Below, piece after piece: positions 10,061 to 21,503 of a stretch of DNA of 64,000 nt (positions are counted from its first letter, which is position 1; each line of letters starts with the position of its first letter). The notes under the pieces were generated by a model. That model made no database searches. It saw only the letters and a list, made by a program, of their open reading frames with translations, and was not told where the DNA came from. This stretch comes from an uncultured bacterium (GTDB lineage Bacteria > Patescibacteriota > Saccharimonadia > UBA4664): NCBI GenBank assembly GCA_963740635.1, contig CAVUEQ010000001.1, positions 740,840 to 804,839 of the forward strand. The letters run 5' to 3'. The translations under genes were made by a program, and so were the position numbers.

Positions 10061-10531
10061 TTAGCCGACTAGGGGAAAATTGACCGGGCGTTTGAGATTG
10101 CTCACGTACAATGCGATCCAGCCGGCGTGATCGAACGCGATTTGATCCTCCTGGGGCAGCTGGTCCGGCTCAAACCACTGGATGCCGTCGGACTCCCAGT
10201 CGGGCTGGCCCGTTCGCTCGGTGGCTTCGGCGAAGTATTGGAAGCCGACGTTTTGACGGTCGTCGCTGCCGCGGACGGGGTTGCTAACGATTTGCGCTAG
10301 CACCAGGTTTTTGACCCTCCAGCCGGTCTCTTCGTGGATTTCGCGCTGGATAGCCTGCTCGATGGTTTCGTCGCGGTCGACAAACCCGCCCGGCAGGCAC
10401 CATTTGCCGCCGTCGCGCAGGGCGGGATGGCGCTTCACGAGCAGTATTTTGCCGCCTTTGTGCACAACAGCGTTGGTGGTGACGTGGCGCAACGACGCCT
10501 CATTTCCGTTCTCGAATCGACAATCAATCAT
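10061..10531 (-). CDS. NUDIX hydrolase
   Basis: GGFVDRDETIEQAIQREIHEETG Nudix box; ATGA coupling to the upstream permease. Confidence 0.9.
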   Translation of the reverse strand: MIDCRFENGNEASLRHVTTNAVVHKGGKILLVKRHPALRDGGKWCLPGGFVDRDETIEQAIQREIHEETGWRVKNLVLAQIVSNPVRGSDDRQNVGFQYFAEATERTGQPDWESDGIQWFEPDQLPQEDQIAFDHAGWIALYVSNLKRPVNFPLVG

Positions 10532-11733
10532 GCCTTGGGCCCGATGCCAAATAGTTCGCGGGGAGTGATTTTGCGGGTGTACTGCAGGCTGCCGTAGCGG
10601 AAACTTGTAACGGCAATGGCGAGGGCGGCCGCGGCGCTGGCCATTACCACAATAATGCCGAGGGTGGCCTCGAAGGGGCTGAGGTTGCCGACGGCGTTGC
10701 GGATCAGCAAGGTGAGGGGGGCAAAGGTCGGGAAGAAGGTGAAGAATTTGACGATGGGTTGGTCCGGGGTGGTGACGATGGCGGCCGCGGCATACAGCGG
10801 GACAAGCATCGACAGCATGCCCATGCCGAAGAACCGGTTGGCTTCCTTGGCGGTGGGCATGGCGGCGCCGATAGCCACCAGTATGCCGGTAAACACCAGG
10901 AATCCGCCGGCGAAGACCAGTGCGCCGACCAACATTTGCCAAGGATCAAATACGATGCTCCGGAGATCGATGGTTTGGCGGTATTTGGCATAGGCGAGGA
11001 GGATCGGCACTAGGATGGCGAGGATTTGGACGAAACCGACGCCGATCATGGCCACGATTTTGCCGATTATGAGGGAGGTCGAAGACACAGTGGTGAGCAT
11101 GACCTCGATCACCCGGTTTTCTTTTTCTTTGGTGGTGGAGGATAACATTTGGTTGCCGAGTAACACCATGACCACAAACAATAGCACCGCGAAGGCGCCG
11201 GGAGCGATGATGCGGGAGACCGTGGCATTGACCTGGCGCCCGTCGGCGTAGGCGGTGAGGCTGGCGCTGGCCTGGCCCTTAACGATGGCAATTTTTTCCG
11301 GCGAGCCAATGCCAGCGACCACGCCCGAGTCGAGGAGTTGGGTGGCAGCGTTGGTGTACTGGCCGTCTTTGATGATGCCGACGTCGCGCGCGTAAACCTC
11401 GATAGAATGTTTCACGGGGTCCGACGGGTAGTAGAAGAAGGCGTCGACTTGCCCGGCTTTGACGGCCTCAATGCCGGCCTGCCGGGTGCCGGGGATCTGA
11501 GCTTTGGCGGCGCGCAACACGCCCGGCGGGATGAGCTTTGACTGGTCGAGTACCATGAGACTGAACTGCTCCTGACCAGCGCTGAGCTTGGCGCTGGCGG
11601 ATTTGCTCGAGTAAAACTCCAGAGCGAAGATGCCGGCCACAAGTAGCGGGATGGCCAGGGTGGTCACCCAGAAAGACTTGCGCCGGACGGTGCGGATAAA
11701 CTCAAAGCTGACCACGGTCCGCAGGTTATGCAT
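10528..11733 (-). CDS. ABC-2 type transporter permease (NatB-like)
   Basis: N-terminal TM, extracellular loop, EKENRVIEVMLT motif, several C-terminal TM helices. Confidence 0.88.
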   Translation of the reverse strand: MHNLRTVVSFEFIRTVRRKSFWVTTLAIPLLVAGIFALEFYSSKSASAKLSAGQEQFSLMVLDQSKLIPPGVLRAAKAQIPGTRQAGIEAVKAGQVDAFFYYPSDPVKHSIEVYARDVGIIKDGQYTNAATQLLDSGVVAGIGSPEKIAIVKGQASASLTAYADGRQVNATVSRIIAPGAFAVLLFVVMVLLGNQMLSSTTKEKENRVIEVMLTTVSSTSLIIGKIVAMIGVGFVQILAILVPILLAYAKYRQTIDLRSIVFDPWQMLVGALVFAGGFLVFTGILVAIGAAMPTAKEANRFFGMGMLSMLVPLYAAAAIVTTPDQPIVKFFTFFPTFAPLTLLIRNAVGNLSPFEATLGIIVVMASAAAALAIAVTSFRYGSLQYTRKITPRELFGIGPKA

Positions 11734-12670
11734 GGGCGGTCTCCGGTTGGCCGGCTTTGGTGCCGGCGTTTTCCGAATAGATGGCCACAAAAATATCGTC
11801 GAGTGAGGCCTGCTGCTCTTCGAACTGGGTAACGGACAGGCCACGGTGGCCGGCCAGCGCCTCAAAAACCTGCTGGGTGGTCACGCCGTCGCGCATGGAC
11901 AGAGTGGCGGTGCCGTGGTCCTGGGCGGCCACTTCGTAGAGGGCGGTGTGCGCCGGCAGTTTCCCACCAAAGCGCAGGGCGATGATTTTGGAGCCAAACT
12001 GGTTGCGGATATCGTTGACGGTGCCGTAGAGCCGGCGCTTGCCGTCCTTGAGCAGCGCCACCCGGTCGCACAAGCGCTCCACTTCCTCCATTTGGTGAGT
12101 CACCAGCACAGTCGTGGTGCCCTGCTTCGACAACTCCTCGAGCATGTCCACGAGCAGCCGGCGGTTGACGGGGTCGAAGCCTTTGGTGGGCTCGTCGAGG
12201 ATGAGCAGCTCCGGATTGTTCATGATGGTGACGCCGAGCTGGATTTTCTGCTGCTCGCCGCCGGAGAGGCGGTCCATGCGCGCGCCGGCCTTGTCGGGCA
12301 GGCCCACGCGCTCCAGATATTCAGCCGACCATTTGGCGACGGCCGCCGGGTTCATGCCCTTGAGGCGGCCGAAGTAAGTCATGCAGCTAGACACGGTTTC
12401 TTTTTGGTACAGCCCGCGCTCTTCGGGCAGGTATCCAAGGATGCCGGCCATTTTGGTGGTGTATTTCCGGCCGTTTACGAGCAGGGTGCCGCGGGTAGGT
12501 TGGTAAATGCCGAGTAATGCCCGCAGGGTGGTTGTCTTGCCGGAGCCATTTGAGCCCAAAAAACCGAAGGTTTCGCCCGGCTTCACGTCAAACGACAAGT
12601 CCTCAATGACGGTCTTGTCGCCAAAGCGCATCTGGAAATTGCGGATATCGATCGGGAGGGGATGCGGCAT
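11726..12670 (-). CDS. ABC transporter ATP-binding protein (NatA-like)
   Basis: GSNGSGKTT, GYLPEERGLY, LSGGE, ILDEP. Confidence 0.92.
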   Translation of the reverse strand: MPHPLPIDIRNFQMRFGDKTVIEDLSFDVKPGETFGFLGSNGSGKTTTLRALLGIYQPTRGTLLVNGRKYTTKMAGILGYLPEERGLYQKETVSSCMTYFGRLKGMNPAAVAKWSAEYLERVGLPDKAGARMDRLSGGEQQKIQLGVTIMNNPELLILDEPTKGFDPVNRRLLVDMLEELSKQGTTTVLVTHQMEEVERLCDRVALLKDGKRRLYGTVNDIRNQFGSKIIALRFGGKLPAHTALYEVAAQDHGTATLSMRDGVTTQQVFEALAGHRGLSVTQFEEQQASLDDIFVAIYSENAGTKAGQPETAHA

Positions 12671-12699
12671 ATCGGATTTATCATACACCCGCGTGCCGA

Positions 12700-13014
12700 T
12701 TATGCGGCGGCCGATTGCTGATGTGAGTTAGGACTGGCCATGTGACCCCGCAACAGACGCTGAGTCCGCAGTGACCTGCGATCCACCCGGTCCAGACGCT
12801 GACTTTCGCCCCGTGCATCACCCTCAAGCATTTCGCGCAATTGGCGGATGTCTGTCTTGAGCTCCGTCTTCATGTCCGCCATTTCGGTCCGCAATTCTGT
12901 CCGTAGAGCGGTCATTTCTGACCGCAATGAACTTTCGGATGCACCAACCGCGCCCTCGACGACGTCTGCTACGATTCCTCGGATTTGGTTGAGGTCATTA
13001 GGCGTAAGCGACAT
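12700..13014 (-). CDS. Small coiled-coil hypothetical protein
   Basis: 104-aa ORF with heptad repeats (LRSEMTALRTELRTEMADMKTELKTDI); TATAAT upstream. Confidence 0.65.
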   Translation of the reverse strand: MSLTPNDLNQIRGIVADVVEGAVGASESSLRSEMTALRTELRTEMADMKTELKTDIRQLREMLEGDARGESQRLDRVDRRSLRTQRLLRGHMASPNSHQQSAAA

Positions 13015-13066
13015 GCTAGTTCCTGTTACTTATCCAGTGTAAACTCCACCTCGGGTACATTATAGC

Positions 13067-13081
13067 GAACAAAATGCGAAC
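13067..13081 (-). promoter_or_regulatory. GTTC-N7-GTTC direct repeat next to a TATAAT -10 box (candidate repressor operator)
   Basis: Minus strand GTTCgcattttGTTCgcTATAAT; same motif at 51220-51234 and 59713-59727. Confidence 0.45.
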
Positions 13082-13128
13082 AGACAAAATTAACGCCTCG
13101 CCTTGAAGCGTTTGGGAGGACCTCCAGG

Positions 13129-13368
13129 CTAGTGAATCGCGTGTAGCAAACGCAATATGCCGATGGTCTCATTGCCGGCAAGGTGCCTCGCGATTGTGAT
13201 GTCAGTCAAACCCTGGGGATCCTGTCCGATGAGATAGACTGGCGCGTAGCCCTTTTTGGCGGCCGTGGGGCTGATCCAGAATCGCGCGAATACATTGTCT
13301 CGTCCTCGAAAAAGCGAGCGAAACAGGCTTACTTTGGCTTTGTTGGTCGCCTCGTGCTCCCCCACCAA
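13129..13368 (-). pseudogene. N-terminal fragment of a primase-like/DEAD-helicase fusion protein (TOTE-type)
   Basis: LFRSLFRGRDNVFA..W.....KGYAP and HLAGNETIGI resemble the start of that family; ends after 79 aa. Confidence 0.55.
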
Positions 13369-13372
13369 ACTC

Positions 13373-14362
13373 TTATCCTAGCCGCCGCTTGATCTCTGCC
13401 AGGGTTTGACGCTGGTCAGTCTGCAGGCGACGGATTTCTTTGGCCCGACCGATCATGGTGAGTTCATAGAGTTGGTATCCGCCGGGGGTATGCGAGGCCA
13501 CCTCAAGCAGGCCTTCACGGGTCCAGTGGCGAAGAGTCGGGACGGTCTCCTCGGTATCCTTAGCCAATTCGCCAATCTTGAGGAGTTTGGCGGCACCGGC
13601 ACCGGGGCTTGCAAGAGATGGCCCGCCGACTGATTCAAGGTAAATGTCGAGAGAGCGATCGATGGAAGCATAGATGCAATCATAATACCCGTCCATCGGG
13701 CCGCCGGTCTGGGCGGTTTCAAGTGAAGTAATATAGGTGCTCCGATCCTCTGGACGGAGGATGGCAGCGGGGTAGCCTGTCTGCATGAGGAGTAGATTCA
13801 TGAGGAGTCTGGCGGTTCGCCCGTTACCGTCGACAAACGGGTGGATACTGACTAGCCTGAAGTGAGCATCAGCCGCGATCTTTGCGGGATGATCAGAGTT
13901 CTCTGATTTCAGCCATGTGGCAAATGCAGCCATGAGGTCTGGTACCTTTAGGTAGTTTGGCATTACGGCCCGGCTACCGGCGATTCGCACCGGGACGCTT
14001 CTGTAGCGCCCGGCGTTTACGTCAGCAGTGCCGCCTAGGATTCTCTCATGTAACGAAAGTATGAGGTCCTCTGTGATATCTGTGCGATCCCCACCGACAA
14101 ATTGCTCGATATAGTCAAATGCCCGAGCATGGCCAGCAGCTTCCATAACTTCTTTGAGCGTTTTGCCCTCAATGCCAAGCCCCTTGTCTACCACCAGTGC
14201 CGTTTCCTGGCGCGTTAGGGTGTTGCCCTCGATGGCGTTCGAAGTGTAGGTCAGCTCAACACGAAACCACTCCCGAAGATTATTGATCAGCTCGGGGGCG
14301 AGGGGCTGAAACTGATCCAGCGATTGTTTCTTGCGACTGATGTTGGCTAGAATTGTATACAT
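13373..14362 (-). CDS. Fic-domain protein with C-terminal MerR-type HTH
   Basis: SNAIEGN, canonical HPFVDGNGRTAR, C-terminal LKIGELAK...TLRHWTREGLL. Confidence 0.9.
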   Translation of the reverse strand: MYTILANISRKKQSLDQFQPLAPELINNLREWFRVELTYTSNAIEGNTLTRQETALVVDKGLGIEGKTLKEVMEAAGHARAFDYIEQFVGGDRTDITEDLILSLHERILGGTADVNAGRYRSVPVRIAGSRAVMPNYLKVPDLMAAFATWLKSENSDHPAKIAADAHFRLVSIHPFVDGNGRTARLLMNLLLMQTGYPAAILRPEDRSTYITSLETAQTGGPMDGYYDCIYASIDRSLDIYLESVGGPSLASPGAGAAKLLKIGELAKDTEETVPTLRHWTREGLLEVASHTPGGYQLYELTMIGRAKEIRRLQTDQRQTLAEIKRRLG

Positions 14363-14502
14363 AGTATGCAGTGTAACGTCACGCTTTACGGTTGTCAAGA
14401 TGCCCACATACTCCGTGAAGTTTGCGTCAATGTCTGCCTTGCCCGACGAACGAACCGTCGGAGGTCCCACTCGTTAGGGCTTAAGCGAGGAATTCGAGCT
14501 AT

Positions 14503-14548
14503 AGAACCCAAAGGGGATTCGAACCCCTGGTTTTTCCTGTGTCAAAGC
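14503..14548 (-). pseudogene. Degenerate tRNA 3' remnant (T-arm only)
   Basis: Minus strand AGGGG-TTCGAAT-CCCCT T-arm with no intact acceptor stem or CCA. Confidence 0.45.
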
Positions 14549-14622
14549 CATTAACCCCAAATAACTCTCGCTCCTTCGAAAGACTGAGGGCCATTTTTGG
14601 CTTGTGGTAGCGAATGTCTAAA

Positions 14623-14699
14623 TGGTGGAGCTGGAGGGATTCGAACCCTCGACCTCTGCAATGCGAATGCAGCGCTCTAGCCAGCTGAGCTACAGCCCC
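14623..14699 (-). tRNA. tRNA-Ala (anticodon CGC)
   Basis: GGGGCTGTAGCTCAGCTGGCTAGAGCGCTGCATT-CGC-ATTGCAGAGGTCGAGGGTTCGAATCCCTCCAGCTCCACCA. Confidence 0.97.
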
Positions 14700-14736
14700 A
14701 CGGACTGATACATTGTGCCTGTTTGAGCGGTGGGCG

Positions 14737-16560
<1,824 letters not shown>

Positions 16561-16624
16561 AACAAAAGAGTTTAGCACTTTTGGCTTATGCTTGGCAAAT
16601 AAATTGGGCGGGTCTGTTCAGGAT

Positions 16625-17914
16625 TTAGCCGAGCCAGGCGAGTTCGGCGTCGCCGATGCGGATGGTGTCGCCGTCCTGGGCGCCTTGGCGCATCAGCTCG
16701 CGGCGGACGCCGGTTTTGGCCAGGATGTCGCGGAGGCGGCGGACGGCGTCGTCTTGTTCGAAGTTGGTGCGGCGGGCGAAGCCTTCGATGCGCTCGCCCG
16801 TCACGCGCCAGACGCCGGCGCCTTCCGGGGCCACGCGCCAGAAATCAGGGAGGTCAACGGCTTCGATCACGGGCACGGCGGCCTCGGCGAGCTCGGCCTC
16901 GCGCTTGGCGCGGGCGGTTTTAACGAGCTTGGCGGCGGCGCGCAGGACATCGGCCAGGCCCTGGTGGGCGACGGCGGAGATGGTGAAGATAGGGGTTTTG
17001 CCGGCGGCACGCCCCGGCGCACCTTCGGCTTTTTTGACGGCGGACACGGTCGCCTTGAGCGCTTTGGCGTCGACGGTGTCAGCCTTGGTAATGACAATGA
17101 GCTGCGGCTTTGCGGAGAGGTCCACCTGGTACTGCGCCAGCTCGGCCTGGATGGTGCGGTAATCGGCGGCGGGGTCGGGCGAGCCGGCGTCCACCAGGTG
17201 CAGGAGCACGGCGGTGCGCTCGATGTGGCGCAGGAAGTCGTCGCCGAGACCTTTGCCCTCACTGGCGCCTTCGATGAGGCCGGGAATGTCGGCCACCAGG
17301 AAGCCGAAGTCGTCAATGTCGACCACGCCCAGGTTGGGCACGAGGGTGGTGAACGGATAATCGGCGATCTCGGGCTTGGCGGAGGATATCACCGACAGCA
17401 GCGTGGATTTGCCGGCGTTGGGCAGGCCCACCAGGCCGACGTCGGCGACCATCTTGAGCTCGAGGCGCAGGCCGTGGGTTTCGCCTGGTTCGCCGAGCTC
17501 AGCGTTGCGCGGCGATTGGCGGGTGCTGGACTTGAAGTGTGCGTTGCCGAAGCCGCCGCGGCCGCCGCGCGCGATCACGGCCTCGTCGGCGGGGCCGGTG
17601 AGGTCGGCGAGCAGCTTTTCGTCTTCCCAGAGCTGCGTACCCTGCGGCACTTTCACCACCGCGTCGGCGCCGTGTTTGCCGTGCATGCGGTTGCCGCCGC
17701 CGGGCGCGCCGGCCTCGGCCCGGATGGTTTTGGCGTTGCGGTAGGCGGCGAGGGTGTTGAGGTTGTGGTCCACGCGCACAATCACGTCGCCGCCGCGGCC
17801 GCCGTCGCCGCCGTCGGGGCCGCCCAGGGCCCGGTATTTCTCATGCCGAAAACTAGAGCGGCCATCGCCGCCCTTCCCCGCGCGTACTTCAATTGTGGCT
17901 GTGTCTACAAACAT
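16625..17914 (-). CDS. obgE: GTPase ObgE/CgtA
   Basis: MFVD...GKGGDG, GLPNAGKST, YPFTTLVPNLG, DIPGLIEGA, C-terminal OCT domain. Confidence 0.97.
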   Translation of the reverse strand: MFVDTATIEVRAGKGGDGRSSFRHEKYRALGGPDGGDGGRGGDVIVRVDHNLNTLAAYRNAKTIRAEAGAPGGGNRMHGKHGADAVVKVPQGTQLWEDEKLLADLTGPADEAVIARGGRGGFGNAHFKSSTRQSPRNAELGEPGETHGLRLELKMVADVGLVGLPNAGKSTLLSVISSAKPEIADYPFTTLVPNLGVVDIDDFGFLVADIPGLIEGASEGKGLGDDFLRHIERTAVLLHLVDAGSPDPAADYRTIQAELAQYQVDLSAKPQLIVITKADTVDAKALKATVSAVKKAEGAPGRAAGKTPIFTISAVAHQGLADVLRAAAKLVKTARAKREAELAEAAVPVIEAVDLPDFWRVAPEGAGVWRVTGERIEGFARRTNFEQDDAVRRLRDILAKTGVRRELMRQGAQDGDTIRIGDAELAWLG

Positions 17915-18006
17915 TACTACCGCTTAGTATACCAACTCTTGCTTTTTAATACTAGTTATGTTAATATATTCATGTCTCGCACACCTACAATTCCCAGGGG
18001 GACCCA

Positions 18007-18363
18007 ATGACTGAGACCGCAATACCAGCCGGCTACGTCAGCCTCGAGCAACTGCTCGAAGAACTTCGGACCTTCGGGTTCGAACGGCAGATGGTCATGG
18101 AGCTGGTGACCGGACCGGCCACGCCGTACTACCGTAATGGCTTCGGACCGACGCACGACGAAGCGCTGTTTGCGATCCTCAGGGCCGCCAAGGTTCTGAA
18201 CGACCGCTTCGGCCCTGCTCGCGTCCTGAAGGTTTTCTACCACCGGAAAGGCTCAACCACCGGCCTGACGATGGCGGACCTGGTGAAGAGCCGGGAATTC
18301 GCGACGTTGACCGATCACATCGATATGACCCGCGAGGGCATCGGCATGTACGCTCGGGAGTGA
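18007..18363 (+). CDS. Hypothetical protein (stand-alone transcription unit)
   Basis: 118-aa ORF with TTGCTT-N17-TAATAT promoter (17939-17967), AGGGGG RBS and downstream hairpins. Confidence 0.7.
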   Translation: MTETAIPAGYVSLEQLLEELRTFGFERQMVMELVTGPATPYYRNGFGPTHDEALFAILRAAKVLNDRFGPARVLKVFYHRKGSTTGLTMADLVKSREFATLTDHIDMTREGIGMYARE

Positions 18364-18431
18364 TGTGCGGGCAACCCCGCGGCTGGTTGAGCGCTGAAGC
18401 GCTGACTGGCCGCGGGACCCACGGAATTATT

Positions 18432-18462
18432 TGACCTGCCTTCTAATGGGTAGGTCATTTTG
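18432..18462 (+). terminator. Intrinsic terminator, preceded by a GC hairpin at 18376-18417
   Basis: TGACCTGCC-ttctaatg-GGTAGGTCA-TTTTG. Confidence 0.7.
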
Positions 18463-18491
18463 TTCTCCCAAGTGGGTACTAATTTCGGTAC

Positions 18492-18558
18492 GTATGGCTT
18501 TTTTTATATCATATATGGGTTCAGCGCGATACCATATATGGTATAGAAAGTCAGATAC
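18492..18558. repeat. AT-rich long hairpin element, copy 1
   Basis: Shares tttttatatcatatatgggttc (22 bp) and gataccatata.ggtata.aaa with 40486-40554. Confidence 0.75.
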
Positions 18559-18587
18559 ATCGTAAGGGATAGTGCCGGGTGGTGCGG

Positions 18588-19775
18588 CTAGTAAATGTAG
18601 CGGAAGGTGCCGGCCGGGACGGTGCGGTGGCTGACGCGGTCCCAGCCGCCGTTGTAGTTCATTTCCGAAACGGTCACCATGCCGCCGGAGACGCCCTCAA
18701 CGTAGGCCACGTGGCCGTAGTAGCCGGCGCCGGTCCAGGCGATGGCGCCCGGCACGGGCGTGTAGCCGACTGAGAAGCCGGAGGCTTGGGCGTTGTAGTA
18801 CCAGGCGTTGGCGTTGCCCCAGTTGCTGGGGACGTTGCGGCGGGAGGCCACGTAGTAGGTGCAATAACCGAAGGCGTAGCCGTTGCCGGAGTAGCTGAAG
18901 TGGGTGAGCGACGGTGCGGAGGTGTAGGCGCCGGCGACACGGCTGTAGCTGGTGGTGACGGGGGCGGGTTTGGGTGCGTCCTGCTTGACGCCGTCGGGGA
19001 CGATGATTTTCATGCCGGGCACGAGGCCTTTGACTTCGGCGTTATTGAACGACAGGATTTGGGCGGCGTTGGCGCTGAAGGCCCCGGCAATGGAGTCGGC
19101 GGTATCACCGGCCTGCACCGTATAGAGCAGGCCCGAGACCGGCAGGATCGTGAGCACTTGGCCGGGCTTCACCATGTCGACGTCGTCGAGGTTGTTGGCC
19201 CACTTGAGGGTGGCGCTGGTAATGTTGAACTTGCTGGCGATACCCGACAGCGTGTCGCCCGGCTGGACGGCATATTGGGAGATGTCGCGGGTGGCGTTGC
19301 CGGCGGTTGAAACCACCTGGCGCTTGGCGAGTGAATTGTCGTCGGCGGTGAGGAGGGCGACCTGGCTGCTCTTGGTGGTGGCGGTCTTGGTGGCGTCGGC
19401 CTGGACCATCATCTGGTTCTTGTCGGCGATGTCGGCGGCGACTCCGGCGGTGGCAGCCGGGTCGAGTGAGGCGCCGATGCCGGCTTGGGAGGACATTAAG
19501 CGCACCGATACCGAGTGCGCCCGGTCGGGGCTGTTCCCGACTACCAGGAACGCGGCTGCCCCGATGAGCCCGAGATGGGCCAGGTAGCGCGGCCGGTAGT
19601 GGCGGCGGATTATGGCGATGTCGAGTTTGCGGGCGGTCCGGCGGGTTCTGCTTGAGACCTGAGTTTTTATGTTCGAAATGGACTCTGGAGTGTCTCCGGT
19701 TCCCCGGGCCATGCGCCCGATGGGGAACTGATCAAGGGAGACACTGAGGGCATCTCTACTAATAATGTTCTCCAT
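18588..19775 (-). CDS. LysM-LysM-CHAP peptidoglycan hydrolase
   Basis: YAVQPGDTLSGIA and YTVQAGDT LysM repeats; GYCTYYV, WGNA..W, GHVAYVE, VSEMN CHAP motifs. Confidence 0.92.
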   Translation of the reverse strand: MENIISRDALSVSLDQFPIGRMARGTGDTPESISNIKTQVSSRTRRTARKLDIAIIRRHYRPRYLAHLGLIGAAAFLVVGNSPDRAHSVSVRLMSSQAGIGASLDPAATAGVAADIADKNQMMVQADATKTATTKSSQVALLTADDNSLAKRQVVSTAGNATRDISQYAVQPGDTLSGIASKFNITSATLKWANNLDDVDMVKPGQVLTILPVSGLLYTVQAGDTADSIAGAFSANAAQILSFNNAEVKGLVPGMKIIVPDGVKQDAPKPAPVTTSYSRVAGAYTSAPSLTHFSYSGNGYAFGYCTYYVASRRNVPSNWGNANAWYYNAQASGFSVGYTPVPGAIAWTGAGYYGHVAYVEGVSGGMVTVSEMNYNGGWDRVSHRTVPAGTFRYIY

Positions 19776-20068
19776 CCCGTGAGTGCTATTACGCTCACGC
19801 TTATCTGTGTACTTTCGTAGTCTAATTCTGGTACGCCATAGGTGTCAAACGGGTTTCCAGGAGGAAATAATGTCGAAGAACAGTGCAAAAGGTGAGCCCA
19901 TTTTTGTGACACTGACCGGTAGCACAGGTTTGGTATATGTCAAATCCGAGGCTGGAAAATGGTTGGCTTGGCCCTAAGCAGTACGGTAGTGTGCTGAATT
20001 TTGGTTAATTCCCCTAAAAGGCTGGTATGTCGCCCTCTATCTGCCTGTCGGCCAGTCTCTACTTAGAA

Positions 20069-20108
20069 ATTACTCCCCATTTGGTATGCCACCCAAAAAG
20101 GGAGTAAT
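20069..20108. promoter_or_regulatory. Inverted repeat abutting the PadR start codon (candidate auto-operator)
   Basis: attactccccatttggt ... acccaaaaagggagtaat. Confidence 0.55.
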
Positions 20109-20513
20109 ATGCCGCCCATTAATACTCCCTCTCCATTTGATGAGCTCCCGAAGCCGCTGCGACCGGCGATTTTCTACATTCTTCTAGCCTTAGTGCGAGG
20201 TGCTTCGCACGGATATGTCCTGAAAAATGTGGCCCGAAATGATTCGTTTGGGAGCGTCAAGATCCCGGTAGGTAAACTTTATGATTTACTGATGACAATG
20301 TTTGAAGATGATCTCATTGAGCTTGCTGGAGACCGACCTGCGGGTAAATCGGGCATTCTCCGCACGCATTACCGGATATCGCAATACGGGACGATCCGCT
20401 TAAAAGAAGAGTTAGTCCGAATGGCTCATGCAGCCAAGATCGGCGAGGCAGCCGGTTTGCTAGATGACCAAATGCCGCTCGACCTCCAGCGTCTGAAGAT
20501 GGGACGCCTATAG
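20109..20513 (+). CDS. PadR-family transcriptional regulator
   Basis: FYILLALVRGASHGY...GKLY..L......LI...R.HY.IS..G. Confidence 0.82.
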   Translation: MPPINTPSPFDELPKPLRPAIFYILLALVRGASHGYVLKNVARNDSFGSVKIPVGKLYDLLMTMFEDDLIELAGDRPAGKSGILRTHYRISQYGTIRLKEELVRMAHAAKIGEAAGLLDDQMPLDLQRLKMGRL

Positions 20514-21503
20514 GTGCTTGGCGATGTTGGCCTGGTGCTCGGCGTAGGTTTTGGCGAAGTAGGTTTTGCCGTCCTTGCCGGTGAGGAAATAGAGGTAGTC
20601 GGTGGTGGCGGGGTGAGCGGCGGCGTCGAGTGAGCCGAGGCCGGGGCTGCAAATGGGCCCGGGCGGCAGGCCGGGGTAGCGGCGGGTATTGTAGTGCGAG
20701 TCGATGTTGACGTTAAAGGGCACTCCCAGAAGCTGGGAGGCATACACGGCCGTGACGTCGGAGCCGAGCGGCTGCCCCAGCTTGTAGCGCTTGAGGAATA
20801 TCTGGGCCACGATCGGGCGGTCGGTGGGAATACTGACCTCGCGCTCGACGATAGAGGCCAGCGTGAGGCCCTGATGCAGAGTGAGGCCCTCGGCGGCAAA
20901 GGCCTGCACGTACTCCGGGCCCACGCGCTTGCCGAAGTTGTCGAGCATGGCGTTGACGAGCGTACCGGCAGTGGTAGTGGACGTAACGTCGTAGGAGTCC
21001 GGGAACAGGTAGCCCTCCAGGTCGACGCCGGCCGGTTTGCCGGCCAAAAAGCTCTGGGAGTGCGGCGCGGCCAGGGCGGCTTTGAAGTCCGACTGTGAAA
21101 TGCCGAGTTCGGCGGCGGCGGTTTCGATCTGGCTGAGCCGGTAGCCCTCGGGTATGGCCAGCCGCTTACTGACGGTGCGGCCGCCGGCCAGCCGCTCGGC
21201 GATGGCGTTGGCGCTTTGCGTGGGCGCAATGAGGTACACGCCCGCCTTCAGCCGCGGACGCAGGCCGTGGAAGTTCACATAGGTAATGAAGGCGTCGTGG
21301 CTGCGGATGAGGCCGGCGCCGACCAGCCGGGTGGCGATGGCCGGGGCGTTTTCGCCGGCGTACACGGTGAATTGGCGCTCGGCGCCGGAGCTCGCCACCG
21401 GGCGCAGGCCCAGCCGGTAGCCGGCATAGAGTCCGGCGAAAGCTAGCACGATCGCTATGGCAAGGGCCGAGAAGAGGCGGCGCCGGGTGAGTCTACGCGT
21501 CAT
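20508..21503 (-). CDS. mltG: Endolytic transglycosylase MltG
   Basis: IPEG, LEGYLFPDSY, LASIVERE, YNT...GLPPGPI, YLYF. Confidence 0.95.
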   Translation of the reverse strand: MTRRLTRRRLFSALAIAIVLAFAGLYAGYRLGLRPVASSGAERQFTVYAGENAPAIATRLVGAGLIRSHDAFITYVNFHGLRPRLKAGVYLIAPTQSANAIAERLAGGRTVSKRLAIPEGYRLSQIETAAAELGISQSDFKAALAAPHSQSFLAGKPAGVDLEGYLFPDSYDVTSTTTAGTLVNAMLDNFGKRVGPEYVQAFAAEGLTLHQGLTLASIVEREVSIPTDRPIVAQIFLKRYKLGQPLGSDVTAVYASQLLGVPFNVNIDSHYNTRRYPGLPPGPICSPGLGSLDAAAHPATTDYLYFLTGKDGKTYFAKTYAEHQANIAKHL

